This document shows, in pieces, positions 8,022 through 16,567 of a DNA stretch of 16,567 nt. Position 1 is the stretch's first letter; every line of letters begins with the position of its first letter. The notes below the pieces were generated by a model that ran no database searches, was not told where the DNA came from, and saw nothing but the letters and a program-made list of their open reading frames with translations. The stretch comes from Naegleria gruberi (lineage: Eukaryota). A program made the translations under genes and the position numbers. The stretch is taken from assembly GCA_000004985.1 (NCBI GenBank), contig GG738974.1; one strand, 5' to 3'.

Positions 8022-9509
8022 ATGTATTTGTGTGGTCGTTTGCCAGTTATTAGTGATTTCTTTGAGGCGTGTTTTGCTGAAGGAACAAAAACATCTTCCC
8101 AAGATAGTGGGTCCCAATTTTTCAACACTGAAGAAGGTNNNNNNNNNNNNNNNNNNNNNNNNNNNNNNNNNNNNNNNNNNNNNNNNNNTCTATTAGAAAG
8201 AATGGATTCCGTAAAAGTTTCTTTTGAGAATTTTGAGAGAACATCTGCTCTCATGGTTTTACTTGCATTTAACTATATTGATAAACCATCCCTTGATCAA
8301 GTTGAACAATGCATTGAACATTGTGACTTGATACTCTATAACTCAGAAAAGCTAGAACCGAGTGATCTTACTTGCATGGCCATGATTCTCTTTAATATCT
8401 ATAAGAAACAACCTTGTTTAGAATTGCTTGGAGATGCTTTCATACTTTCCAGCTTTGCAAATGTAGTTGATCCTCTGGGAGCTGAAACTCTCATGTTACA
8501 GATAGGAAATTCATTCATTGTAAAATTCAAACAGACATTTTCTCCACTGTTATCCCAACTTGTAGAGTTTCTTTCTAGAAGGATATCAACTTCAAATTTG
8601 GGGTCATTGTTGTTCTCTTCTGACACTTTTTGTGAAATACTGTATAGTAATATTACAAGAAACCTAAGACCAGATATTATTCCTTCATCTTCTTTCAAGT
8701 TTGGTGAAGATTTAAAATGTGTATCACGAAAAGAGTTCAAATCACAAAATTTCCTTGAGGATTTATTACGAATTGGAAACTCTAACGACTCAAACCAGCA
8801 GATGTTAAGTTTGTACAAAACCATCAACAGTACATTCCTTTCAATTGATTCTTTCCAAACCAAAGCTCACAAACTGGCATTAGTTTGTCAACTTGTTGTC
8901 AAGAATAAGTTAGAAATGGATAGAAATGAGTTGTTGAATGCTTTGTTAGTCTGTATTCATAATTTCCATCTTGTTTTTGAAACACAGTCCTTTTCACACA
9001 TTTCCCACTCTTCAGAATCGATGCCTGTTAGTGGAAGCAATACTCTCTGCTTCGATTTGTATTACTTTTCTGTTTTTCAATTTTACAACTTGTTGACAGA
9101 CCTCACTACTCTCAAATATCCTGCAGCTGAGAATTGTTTCTATTTCAAAAATATCAACAATAGATTCTTACAGTTTTTATGGAAGAAAGTTATTGAGAAC
9201 TTACAACTTCTTCAAAACAAGATTAGTGCAAGGCAGCAACCCAAAGATTTTAAAGATCACTATTTAACATCTATTCTGTCATCATCTTTTGAGGACACAC
9301 ATAAACACCAGTTGGAGGAGATTAAATCAAATATTGAACAGATTATGATCCTAGCAGAAGAAAATCAAAGGACAATTGATCTTCAAATAGAGAAGGCCAA
9401 GGACAGATTAAACCATTTGAATCAATCGAATCTTACTTCTCAAGAGATTCGAATCATTAAAAGCTTTGGTACAGAAATGCAATCTTTAACTGGGATTGAA
9501 TATGAGTAA
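8022..9509 (+). CDS. Paralog A of an unrecognised conserved protein family (495 aa as assembled; interrupted by the 50-N gap at 8139-8188)
   Basis: ATG-to-TAA ORF. About 88% aa identity to the 15154+ ORF over ~380 aligned residues, with synonymous differences present. Confidence 0.7.
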   Translation: MYLCGRLPVISDFFEACFAEGTKTSSQDSGSQFFNTEEGXXXXXXXXXXXXXXXXXLLERMDSVKVSFENFERTSALMVLLAFNYIDKPSLDQVEQCIEHCDLILYNSEKLEPSDLTCMAMILFNIYKKQPCLELLGDAFILSSFANVVDPLGAETLMLQIGNSFIVKFKQTFSPLLSQLVEFLSRRISTSNLGSLLFSSDTFCEILYSNITRNLRPDIIPSSSFKFGEDLKCVSRKEFKSQNFLEDLLRIGNSNDSNQQMLSLYKTINSTFLSIDSFQTKAHKLALVCQLVVKNKLEMDRNELLNALLVCIHNFHLVFETQSFSHISHSSESMPVSGSNTLCFDLYYFSVFQFYNLLTDLTTLKYPAAENCFYFKNINNRFLQFLWKKVIENLQLLQNKISARQQPKDFKDHYLTSILSSSFEDTHKHQLEEIKSNIEQIMILAEENQRTIDLQIEKAKDRLNHLNQSNLTSQEIRIIKSFGTEMQSLTGIEYE

Positions 9510-9842
9510 CTGGATTTCTTGAAATAGTTCTATTAACAGTTTTTTCCCTGATACAAAACAAGAAATTAATACAATCGTGTAATATTTCATTGTGAATCCC
9601 CTAGGTTTATTTTATATTCTTCATCAAAGCAATTTTTCAACATTCATTTTACTGTTGTTCATGTAAGGAATTAAGGAAAAAATGCCCCCACGCATCAAGG
9701 AATCAATCTTCACGCCAAAATATTTCACAAGTTAGGAATGATTATTACACATAAATGGGTGTTCATTCAATTCAAGGGATTTCAATAGATGTATGGAATC
9801 AGTCAGGTAACTTTCTAATTTGATACTTTACATTTGGGGAAG

Positions 9843-11747
9843 NNNNNNNNNNNNNNNNNNNNNNNNNNNNNNNNNNNNNNNNNNNNNNNNNNNNNNNNNN
9901 NNNNNNNNNNNNNNNNNNNNNNNNNNNNNNNNNNNNNNNNNNNNNNNNNNNNNNNNNNNNNNNNNNNNNNNNNNNNNNNNNNNNNNNNNNNNNNNNNNNN
10001 NNNNNNNNNNNNNNNNNNNNNNNNNNNNNNNNNNNNNNNNNNNNNNNNNNNNNNNNNNNNNNNNNNNNNNNNNNNNNNNNNNNNNNNNNNNNNNNNNNNN
10101 NNNNNNNNNNNNNNNNNNNNNNNNNNNNNNNNNNNNNNNNNNNNNNNNNNNNNNNNNNNNNNNNNNNNNNNNNNNNNNNNNNNNNNNNNNNNNNNNNNNN
10201 NNNNNNNNNNNNNNNNNNNNNNNNNNNNNNNNNNNNNNNNNNNNNNNNNNNNNNNNNNNNNNNNNNNNNNNNNNNNNNNNNNNNNNNNNNNNNNNNNNNN
10301 NNNNNNNNNNNNNNNNNNNNNNNNNNNNNNNNNNNNNNNNNNNNNNNNNNNNNNNNNNNNNNNNNNNNNNNNNNNNNNNNNNNNNNNNNNNNNNNNNNNN
10401 NNNNNNNNNNNNNNNNNNNNNNNNNNNNNNNNNNNNNNNNNNNNNNNNNNNNNNNNNNNNNNNNNNNNNNNNNNNNNNNNNNNNNNNNNNNNNNNNNNNN
10501 NNNNNNNNNNNNNNNNNNNNNNNNNNNNNNNNNNNNNNNNNNNNNNNNNNNNNNNNNNNNNNNNNNNNNNNNNNNNNNNNNNNNNNNNNNNNNNNNNNNN
10601 NNNNNNNNNNNNNNNNNNNNNNNNNNNNNNNNNNNNNNNNNNNNNNNNNNNNNNNNNNNNNNNNNNNNNNNNNNNNNNNNNNNNNNNNNNNNNNNNNNNN
10701 NNNNNNNNNNNNNNNNNNNNNNNNNNNNNNNNNNNNNNNNNNNNNNNNNNNNNNNNNNNNNNNNNNNNNNNNNNNNNNNNNNNNNNNNNNNNNNNNNNNN
10801 NNNNNNNNNNNNNNNNNNNNNNNNNNNNNNNNNNNNNNNNNNNNNNNNNNNNNNNNNNNNNNNNNNNNNNNNNNNNNNNNNNNNNNNNNNNNNNNNNNNN
10901 NNNNNNNNNNNNNNNNNNNNNNNNNNNNNNNNNNNNNNNNNNNNNNNNNNNNNNNNNNNNNNNNNNNNNNNNNNNNNNNNNNNNNNNNNNNNNNNNNNNN
11001 NNNNNNNNNNNNNNNNNNNNNNNNNNNNNNNNNNNNNNNNNNNNNNNNNNNNNNNNNNNNNNNNNNNNNNNNNNNNNNNNNNNNNNNNNNNNNNNNNNNN
11101 NNNNNNNNNNNNNNNNNNNNNNNNNNNNNNNNNNNNNNNNNNNNNNNNNNNNNNNNNNNNNNNNNNNNNNNNNNNNNNNNNNNNNNNNNNNNNNNNNNNN
11201 NNNNNNNNNNNNNNNNNNNNNNNNNNNNNNNNNNNNNNNNNNNNNNNNNNNNNNNNNNNNNNNNNNNNNNNNNNNNNNNNNNNNNNNNNNNNNNNNNNNN
11301 NNNNNNNNNNNNNNNNNNNNNNNNNNNNNNNNNNNNNNNNNNNNNNNNNNNNNNNNNNNNNNNNNNNNNNNNNNNNNNNNNNNNNNNNNNNNNNNNNNNN
11401 NNNNNNNNNNNNNNNNNNNNNNNNNNNNNNNNNNNNNNNNNNNNNNNNNNNNNNNNNNNNNNNNNNNNNNNNNNNNNNNNNNNNNNNNNNNNNNNNNNNN
11501 NNNNNNNNNNNNNNNNNNNNNNNNNNNNNNNNNNNNNNNNNNNNNNNNNNNNNNNNNNNNNNNNNNNNNNNNNNNNNNNNNNNNNNNNNNNNNNNNNNNN
11601 NNNNNNNNNNNNNNNNNNNNNNNNNNNNNNNNNNNNNNNNNNNNNNNNNNNNNNNNNNNNNNNNNNNNNNNNNNNNNNNNNNNNNNNNNNNNNNNNNNNN
11701 NNNNNNNNNNNNNNNNNNNNNNNNNNNNNNNNNNNNNNNNNNNNNNN
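9843..11747. other. Assembly gap (1905 N), probably hiding the 5' part of the retroelement (gag / ITR)
   Basis: N run in the sequence. Confidence 1.
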
Positions 11748-11769
11748 TATGCTGAGTCCAATGTAATAG

Positions 11770-12945
11770 AGATGGAAACAGTCAACAATATTGAACCCAA
11801 TAAACATTGTACCCAAGAAGGGTTCGGATCAATTTCGCTTTATTCTAGACCTAAGGAAGGTCAATTTAGGAATAAAGGACAGTTCCTTCAAGATGGACAA
11901 CATTCAAAGATGTTTGAAATTTGTTCAGAAGGGAATGTGGGCAACAAAGATAGACCTGAAGAAGGGTTACTTCCACGTTCCAATCAGGGAGAAACATCGC
12001 AATCTTCTTGGATTCCGGTACAAGGACAAGATTTATCAGTTCAAATGCCTACCGTTTGGGCTAAGTCAAGCTCCCAGAAATTTCACAAAGATTATGAAAG
12101 AGTTGGTGACCAAGTGGAGAAAGCAGGGTATTCTAGTATTTATTTACATAGACGATATTTTGATTCTAAACAACAGCAAAGAAACTACCCAACTGCTCAC
12201 AGACATAGTCATGAAGGATCTGGAGACATTGGGATGGATAATCCAGAAAGAGAAAAGCGTATTAGCACCGTGTCAACACATAGAGTTTCTCGGTCTGGAA
12301 CTGGATCTCGTACTTGGCCTTGTGAAAATCCCAGTCAACAAACAATCAACAGCCTTAGAAATGATTCAAAAATTCTTATCAGCAAACCAACGGAACAGGT
12401 TTGTAGCATGCAAGAAAGTAGCACAATTCCTCGGAAGGATGGAATTTCTAACTCTTTCAAACCACTACTTTGCTCCCTTTCTTGCTCGTCTTCGGAAGGA
12501 TATGGTGAAAGTAGTAAACGACAAATCTTGGCACGCATCAATGAGAATATTCAGAGGTGCAGCAAAGGATCTAAATATTTTGAAAGATCTGATTCAGGAA
12601 AACAGTGGAATTCCCTTCGAACTGAATTCAATGAACCCAATTCGAGTGAATTCAGATGCCTGCCCAACAGGCTATGGAATTCACGCAGAGTCAACCATTA
12701 CAATTGGAAGATTCACTTCCTCAGAACACATCAATGTGAAAGAGTTAAAAACACTCCTCATTTTCTTCACACAAGCAGATCTGTTAAACCTTTATGGTCC
12801 TGGACAAGCATTCGAAATCAGAGGCGACAATGTTACGGCAATTTCCTATATAAGGAGAGGTTACGGAGTCATAGAAGAACTCTTGTTTCTTAAAAGAAAA
12901 CCAACAATAAATAAACTAATGGATATTGTCCCGAGAAAGGAGTAG
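11770..12945 (+). CDS. Reverse transcriptase-RNase H polyprotein segment (apparently intact, ~390 codons) of a DIRS-like retroelement
   Basis: A continuous frame runs from just after the in-frame TAA/TAG at 11764-11769 to the stop at 12945. YIDD lies at 12145-12156. There is an RNase H DAS..G.G motif. The track starts this ORF at a TTG (11791). Confidence 0.8.
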   Translation, partial: RWKQSTILNPINIVPKKGSDQFRFILDLRKVNLGIKDSSFKMDNIQRCLKFVQKGMWATKIDLKKGYFHVPIREKHRNLLGFRYKDKIYQFKCLPFGLSQAPRNFTKIMKELVTKWRKQGILVFIYIDDILILNNSKETTQLLTDIVMKDLETLGWIIQKEKSVLAPCQHIEFLGLELDLVLGLVKIPVNKQSTALEMIQKFLSANQRNRFVACKKVAQFLGRMEFLTLSNHYFAPFLARLRKDMVKVVNDKSWHASMRIFRGAAKDLNILKDLIQENSGIPFELNSMNPIRVNSDACPTGYGIHAESTITIGRFTSSEHINVKELKTLLIFFTQADLLNLYGPGQAFEIRGDNVTAISYIRRGYGVIEELLFLKRKPTINKLMDIVPRKE

Positions 12946-13400
12946 TAGACAAGTGGCGAGCGGCAAGAGCTTCTTGTCTTTGATAAGGTTGTAAAGATTT
13001 CACATCCTTATGTCTAGTCCCTATAATAATATCCTGAGTAGGAATTCCCTTGATAATACTCTCAGTAGTTGCACCAATACGTAAACTGTGACCAGAAACA
13101 GTGATTTCTGAATCAACAAAGATCATAGCATTCTTGATAAGTTGAGAAACATCGTCAGTGTTGAAGAAAATATTGTCTTGCAATGAAAACAATGGTGAAT
13201 CTGCTGTTTTGAAATGCTGTAGTGTCCTTGTAATCAAAAAGCAATTTCACTGGATACACTGAAGGATTTTCAAGATGCTTGTCAAAAGTAATCGGCTTTT
13301 CTAGTAGAAATCTGTTTTGTGACCACTGAGATCTAATTTGATGTTACCATTTCTAAGCTTAGTAACATAACCCCACTTGAGAGTAAGAGGAATCTCGGTA
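12946..13400 (-). pseudogene. Tyrosine recombinase (phage-integrase/DIRS type) C-terminal catalytic domain, frameshifted
   Basis: The minus ORF 12890-13237 contains GHSLRIGATTESIIKGIPTQDIIIGTRHKDVKSLQPY (the HxxR...Y box II with catalytic Tyr). Upstream, in another frame, are LTLKWGYV (box I-like) and SGHKTDFY (KT lysine region), followed by a stop. Confidence 0.6.
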
Positions 13401-14061
13401 TTCATTTATTTAGACGATATCTTAGTGGTAAATCATTCAAAAGATCAGTTGATCTTAGACAGAGATATAGTTCTAAAGGATAGAAGAGTTTGGATTTCTC
13501 ATTCAAAAAGACAAATGTTGTTTAAATCCAACTCAATTATTAGAATACCTAGGAGTTTTGTTAGACTTTCATCAAGGTTTGGTAAAAATTCCAGAAGACA
13601 AAAAGATTACAACCTTAGAATTCATAGAGGAGCTACTCAATGCTTCCCAGAAACCGCTTTATGTTCCATGCAAGAGAGTTGCCAAGTTCCTAGGAAATTT
13701 GGAATTTCTAACAATTGCCAACAAGTACCTTTCACCATTCATGTGTCGTCTTCGAAAGAACATGATTTCAGCAGTATCAGGAAGAAGTTGGCATGCATCG
13801 ATGAAAATTCACAAAGGTGCATTCAAGGATTTATTGATTCTAAGGGAGTTAATTCAAAAGAACAATGGTAATTCCAGAATGGAGCTCCTCGATTTGGTGG
13901 CCTCTACTCTTAAAGCTATTAAAGAAGAGAAAAAGTATCACAAGAAGGATGCTTTTAATCAAACCAATATCCGAATTATGGAACAAATTCGAAGGAACGA
14001 CGTTCATAATTGCTCATCTGGATGGAAACTTATACTTCAAACCAGAGATTTAGGATGTTAG
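13380..14061 (+). pseudogene. 5'-truncated, frameshifted second RT(-RH) copy, about 55% aa identity to the first
   Basis: GISVFIYLDDILVVNHSKDQ (YLDD at 13407-13418), then ...DIVLKDRRVWISHSKRQML. A frame switch near 13540-13560 continues as LVKIPEDKKITTLEFIEELL...SWHASMKIHKGAFKDL, collinear with RT1. The RNase H motifs are degenerate. Confidence 0.7.
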
Positions 14062-14305
14062 TTTCGATTAAGGAAGAAACCTTCAAACTTTACACTAGAA
14101 ACTATAATGGTTTATTACTGCATTCAATATTTCAATGGATGACCCTTATGCTATTGAGTATTATGCAGCTTATCTTACAATTCAAGGTCAAACATCTCGT
14201 GTTGAAGCCTTGAGACCATCCCTTCAATTTTGGGCCATGTTACTCAATTTCAATGGGAAGTAGTGTAAATGGAGTTAGAAAGTCATTTTGAAAACAGGTT
14301 TATTT

Positions 14306-15037
14306 TTACTTTCCCAGTAATTCATGCACACATCCCCAAAAAGTTGCTGATTCTTCCATGGAAAATTTCAAGTATTGCATACTAAGTTGTTGTTTTTCGA
14401 TTTCAGAAATGGTGAGCACTTGCTTTTCAATCTTTTTTTGAATGGATTTATAATGGAATCCAATTGTTTTTTCTTTAACCATAACAGAAGCTCCAGATTG
14501 TACTTTGGCATCAGCATCACGTTGTTGAACAATTCTGTTGTTGGTGTTATTTACACTAGAAATAATTTGATTTCTCTCATCGGAAGTAATTTCCCTTACA
14601 TAACAAATACACTTTGTTGTTCCGTTCTTGTCTTGAAATTCCAAGGTAAACTGCTCACTATTATTTGTTCGGCATATTTTTCTATTATATGTATTCACAC
14701 TTCCACTGGGCTCAGTGTTGGTTGGAATTTTATAAACCTCACTGCAGCCGCCAAATGAAGTCTCAAATATGTAATAATATTCGCCACTAACCACATAAAA
14801 CATTGCATGGTTGATAGAAGTGTTGTTGTTTGCCGGTTTGATGGATGGACAAACAAAGCCTGATGGAAAAAACTTCTTCAAATACAAACAAAAGCCTAAA
14901 CAATTACATCCAATAGAGGTGGGCTCGTATCCATCCACATATAAATTAGTGTTAAGTGTGTTATTGTATGGAAATTTCACCAAGAGTTCCTTATGTTTTT
15001 GATTAAAACGGTCCCTAGCGATATCCTCTGGATCCAT
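14306..15037 (-). CDS. Hypothetical 243-aa Cys- and Asn-rich protein
   Basis: The track ORF (14306-15052) begins at a TTG. The first ATG is at 15035-15037 (MDPEDIARDRF...). This ORF is longer than the antisense ORF. It is divergent from paralog B, with 116 bp between the two ATGs. Confidence 0.45.
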   Translation of the reverse strand: MDPEDIARDRFNQKHKELLVKFPYNNTLNTNLYVDGYEPTSIGCNCLGFCLYLKKFFPSGFVCPSIKPANNNTSINHAMFYVVSGEYYYIFETSFGGCSEVYKIPTNTEPSGSVNTYNRKICRTNNSEQFTLEFQDKNGTTKCICYVREITSDERNQIISSVNNTNNRIVQQRDADAKVQSGASVMVKEKTIGFHYKSIQKKIEKQVLTISEIEKQQLSMQYLKFSMEESATFWGCVHELLGK

Positions 15038-15116
15038 TGCTGTCCGGAACAATAATATTATTTACAGATTTTTTTTGTATTTTTTGCCTTCAATAAATTC
15101 AATATTTCATGTTGTA

Positions 15117-15153
15117 AAATTCAAAAAAAAATTACATCCATCCAACATTCAAA
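15117..15153 (+). promoter_or_regulatory. Conserved core promoter / 5' leader of paralog B
   Basis: aaaattcaaaaaaaaattacatccatccaacattcaaa immediately before the ATG, matching 7984-8021. Confidence 0.45.
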
Positions 15154-16567
15154 ATGGAATTATATGATAGTTCGCCAGATATTAATCCCTTTGATGCCTA
15201 CTTTGCGGTAACAAAAACACCTGCTGAAGATACTGGGGCCCAATTTTTGCAGCACATGAAGAAGGTTTATAGTGATGGATTTGTTAATGGATTTGTTAAT
15301 GGCTACAACTACAGGCAATCATCCGAACCAAAGGATCACAACATATTCCATAGCCACACTAACTATGTTTTGAATCAATCTCTTTCTGTGGTTATCAAGG
15401 CCCAGAGGATACCACAAGCTGGTATTATCACCAAGATATTTTCTCAAGAGCTCCAATCATTTTTCCCGGTTCTGTCCAGTCTTGCCAAATTGATTGAATC
15501 AAACTCACTTGGCAATTATGTAGCATCTTCTGAAGAGCAGGCAATTCTATGCTCACTTGCTGAATGCCTACTCTCAACTGAAATATCAAAACGGGATGCA
15601 ACAGCCATAAAACCAACAAACCTATTAGAAAGAATGAATGCTGTAAAAGTTTCTTTTGAGAATTTTGAGAGAAAATCTGCTCTTATGGTTTTACTTGCAT
15701 TTAACTATATTGATAAACCATCTCTTGATCAAGTTGAACAATGCATTGAACATTGTGACTTGATGCTCTATAACTCAGACAAGCTAGAACCAAGTGATCT
15801 TACTTGCATGGCCATGATCCTCTTTAATATTTATAAGAAACAACCTTGTTTAGAATTGCTTGGAGATGCTTTCATACTTTCCAGCTTTGCAAATGTGGTT
15901 GATCCTGTAGGTGCGGAGACTCTTATGGTGCAGATAGGAAATGCATTCATTGTAAACTTCAAACAGACATTTTCTCCACTGTTATCCCAGGTTGCAGAGT
16001 TTCTTTCTCGTAGAATATCTACTTCAAATTTGGGCTCACTGTTGTTCTCGTCTGACACCTTTTGTGAAATACTGTACAGTAATATTATCAGAAACTTAAG
16101 ACCAGAAATTATTCCATCATCTACTTACAAGTTTGGTGAAGATTTAAAATGTCTGTCACGAAAAGAGTTCAAATCGCAATATTTCCTTGAAGATTTATTA
16201 CGAATTGAGAGCTCTAAAGACTCAAACGAGCAGATGTTGAGCTTGTATAAAACAATCAACAATACGTACCTTTCAAATGATTCATCCCAAACCAAAGCTC
16301 ACAAACTGGCATTAGTTTGTCAACTGGTTGTCAAAAATAAGTTAGATATGGATAGAAATGAGTTTTTGAATGCTCTGTTGGTCTGTATTCATAATTTCCA
16401 TCTAGTTTTTGAAACAGAGCTGATTTCACACGTTTCTCGCTCTTCAGAATCGATGTCTGTTAGTGGAAGCAACACTGTCTGCTTCGATCTGTATTACTTT
16501 TCTGTTTTTCAATTACACGAGTTATTGACTGACCACTCTAATCTCAAATATCCTGCAGCTGAGAATG
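15154..16567 (+). CDS. Paralog B of the same unrecognised family, 3'-truncated by the window end
   Basis: ATG at 15154; the ORF is open to the end of the window. It contains ~110 residues (YSDGFVNGFVNG...KPTN) that in paralog A fall inside the 50-N gap. Confidence 0.7.
   Translation, partial: MELYDSSPDINPFDAYFAVTKTPAEDTGAQFLQHMKKVYSDGFVNGFVNGYNYRQSSEPKDHNIFHSHTNYVLNQSLSVVIKAQRIPQAGIITKIFSQELQSFFPVLSSLAKLIESNSLGNYVASSEEQAILCSLAECLLSTEISKRDATAIKPTNLLERMNAVKVSFENFERKSALMVLLAFNYIDKPSLDQVEQCIEHCDLMLYNSDKLEPSDLTCMAMILFNIYKKQPCLELLGDAFILSSFANVVDPVGAETLMVQIGNAFIVNFKQTFSPLLSQVAEFLSRRISTSNLGSLLFSSDTFCEILYSNIIRNLRPEIIPSSTYKFGEDLKCLSRKEFKSQYFLEDLLRIESSKDSNEQMLSLYKTINNTYLSNDSSQTKAHKLALVCQLVVKNKLDMDRNEFLNALLVCIHNFHLVFETELISHVSRSSESMSVSGSNTVCFDLYYFSVFQLHELLTDHSNLKYPAAEN
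15277..15300 (+). repeat. Perfect 12-bp tandem duplication (ggatttgttaat x2) inside paralog B, encoding GFVN-GFVN
   Basis: Read directly from the sequence. Confidence 0.8.

Larger units (their letters stand above)
11748..14061. mobile_element. Cluster of DIRS/Ngaro-like (tyrosine-recombinase) retroelement remnants: RT-RNase H (+), tyrosine-recombinase fragment (-), truncated RT (+)
   Basis: RT motifs are visible (VPKKGS..FRFILDLRKVN, KIDLKKGYFHVPI, LPFGLSQAPRNF, FIYIDDIL), together with RNase H motifs (SDACPTGYG, RGDNVTAISYIRRG) and a tyrosine-recombinase C-terminus on the opposite strand. No DDE integrase or protease is seen. Confidence 0.7.

Noticed and set aside
8399-8863. 154-aa minus-strand ORF inside paralog A, and the matching 75-aa ORF at 15831-16058 inside paralog B
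   Set aside because: They are antisense to much longer conserved sense ORFs. Their apparent conservation is a by-product of sense-strand conservation, and one is already truncated.
9510-9842. Possible terminal repeat of the retroelement just before the gap, with weak similarity to 14120-14280
   Set aside because: The similarity is short and patchy (ttcaat.gatg blocks only). It cannot be supported without the element's other end.
9815-12893. ORFs of 661, 648, 662 and 1019 aa across 9815-12893, including a 1019-aa plus-strand ORF
   Set aside because: Same artefact across the 9843-11747 gap. The non-gap part of the 1019-aa ORF is an alternative frame of the RT gene with low-complexity translation and no RT motifs. 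The real RT frame is the one containing YIDD.
12946-13400. Interpreting the antisense recombinase as proof of a novel inverted-recombinase element architecture
   Set aside because: A single locus with one frameshifted copy cannot tell a genuine architecture from a nested inverted insertion. This is reported as a hypothesis only.
14375-14758. 127-aa plus-strand ORF
   Set aside because: It is antisense to the longer 14306-15037 ORF, and its translation is hydrophobic and low-complexity.

Overview
This is an AT-rich eukaryotic nuclear scaffold segment with three assembly gaps (N runs at 1166-5706, 8139-8188 and 9843-11747); the X-run ORFs in the track are artefacts of those gaps. The genes look intron-poor, and most read as single long ORFs. 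From left to right the window contains the following. (1) The 5' end of a complex-I 20-kDa subunit gene (NuoB/PSST/NDUFS7 type) on the minus strand at 1-119, absent from the ORF track because it runs off the window edge. (2) A ~150-bp dispersed repeat present twice in inverted orientation (185-345 and 6701-6830). (3) The C-terminal end (782-1165, minus strand) of a large protein whose remainder lies in the 4.5-kb gap. (4) Two adjacent minus-strand genes, 5720-6517 and 6963-7730, for small Cys/His-rich proteins that share a CxVCxENV zinc-finger-like motif; the second also has an F-box-like N-terminus. (5) Two paralogous plus-strand genes of an unrecognised family (8022-9509 and 15154 to the window end, about 88% amino-acid identity over the shared core) that share a conserved ~37-bp core promoter ending at the ATG, and each faces an unrelated minus-strand partner gene. 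(6) Between the paralogs, a cluster of tyrosine-recombinase retroelement remnants. An apparently intact RT-RNase H ORF (YIDD motif) sits on the plus strand. A frameshifted tyrosine-recombinase C-terminal domain (GHSLRIGATT...Y) lies on the opposite strand and abuts the RNase H 3' end tail-to-tail. A second, 5'-truncated and frameshifted RT copy (YLDD motif) follows on the plus strand. A minus-strand gene for a 243-aa Cys/Asn-rich hypothetical protein (14306-15037) also lies in this region. No rRNA, tRNA or CRISPR array is supportable. All functional calls rest on motif recognition by eye; no database search was possible.
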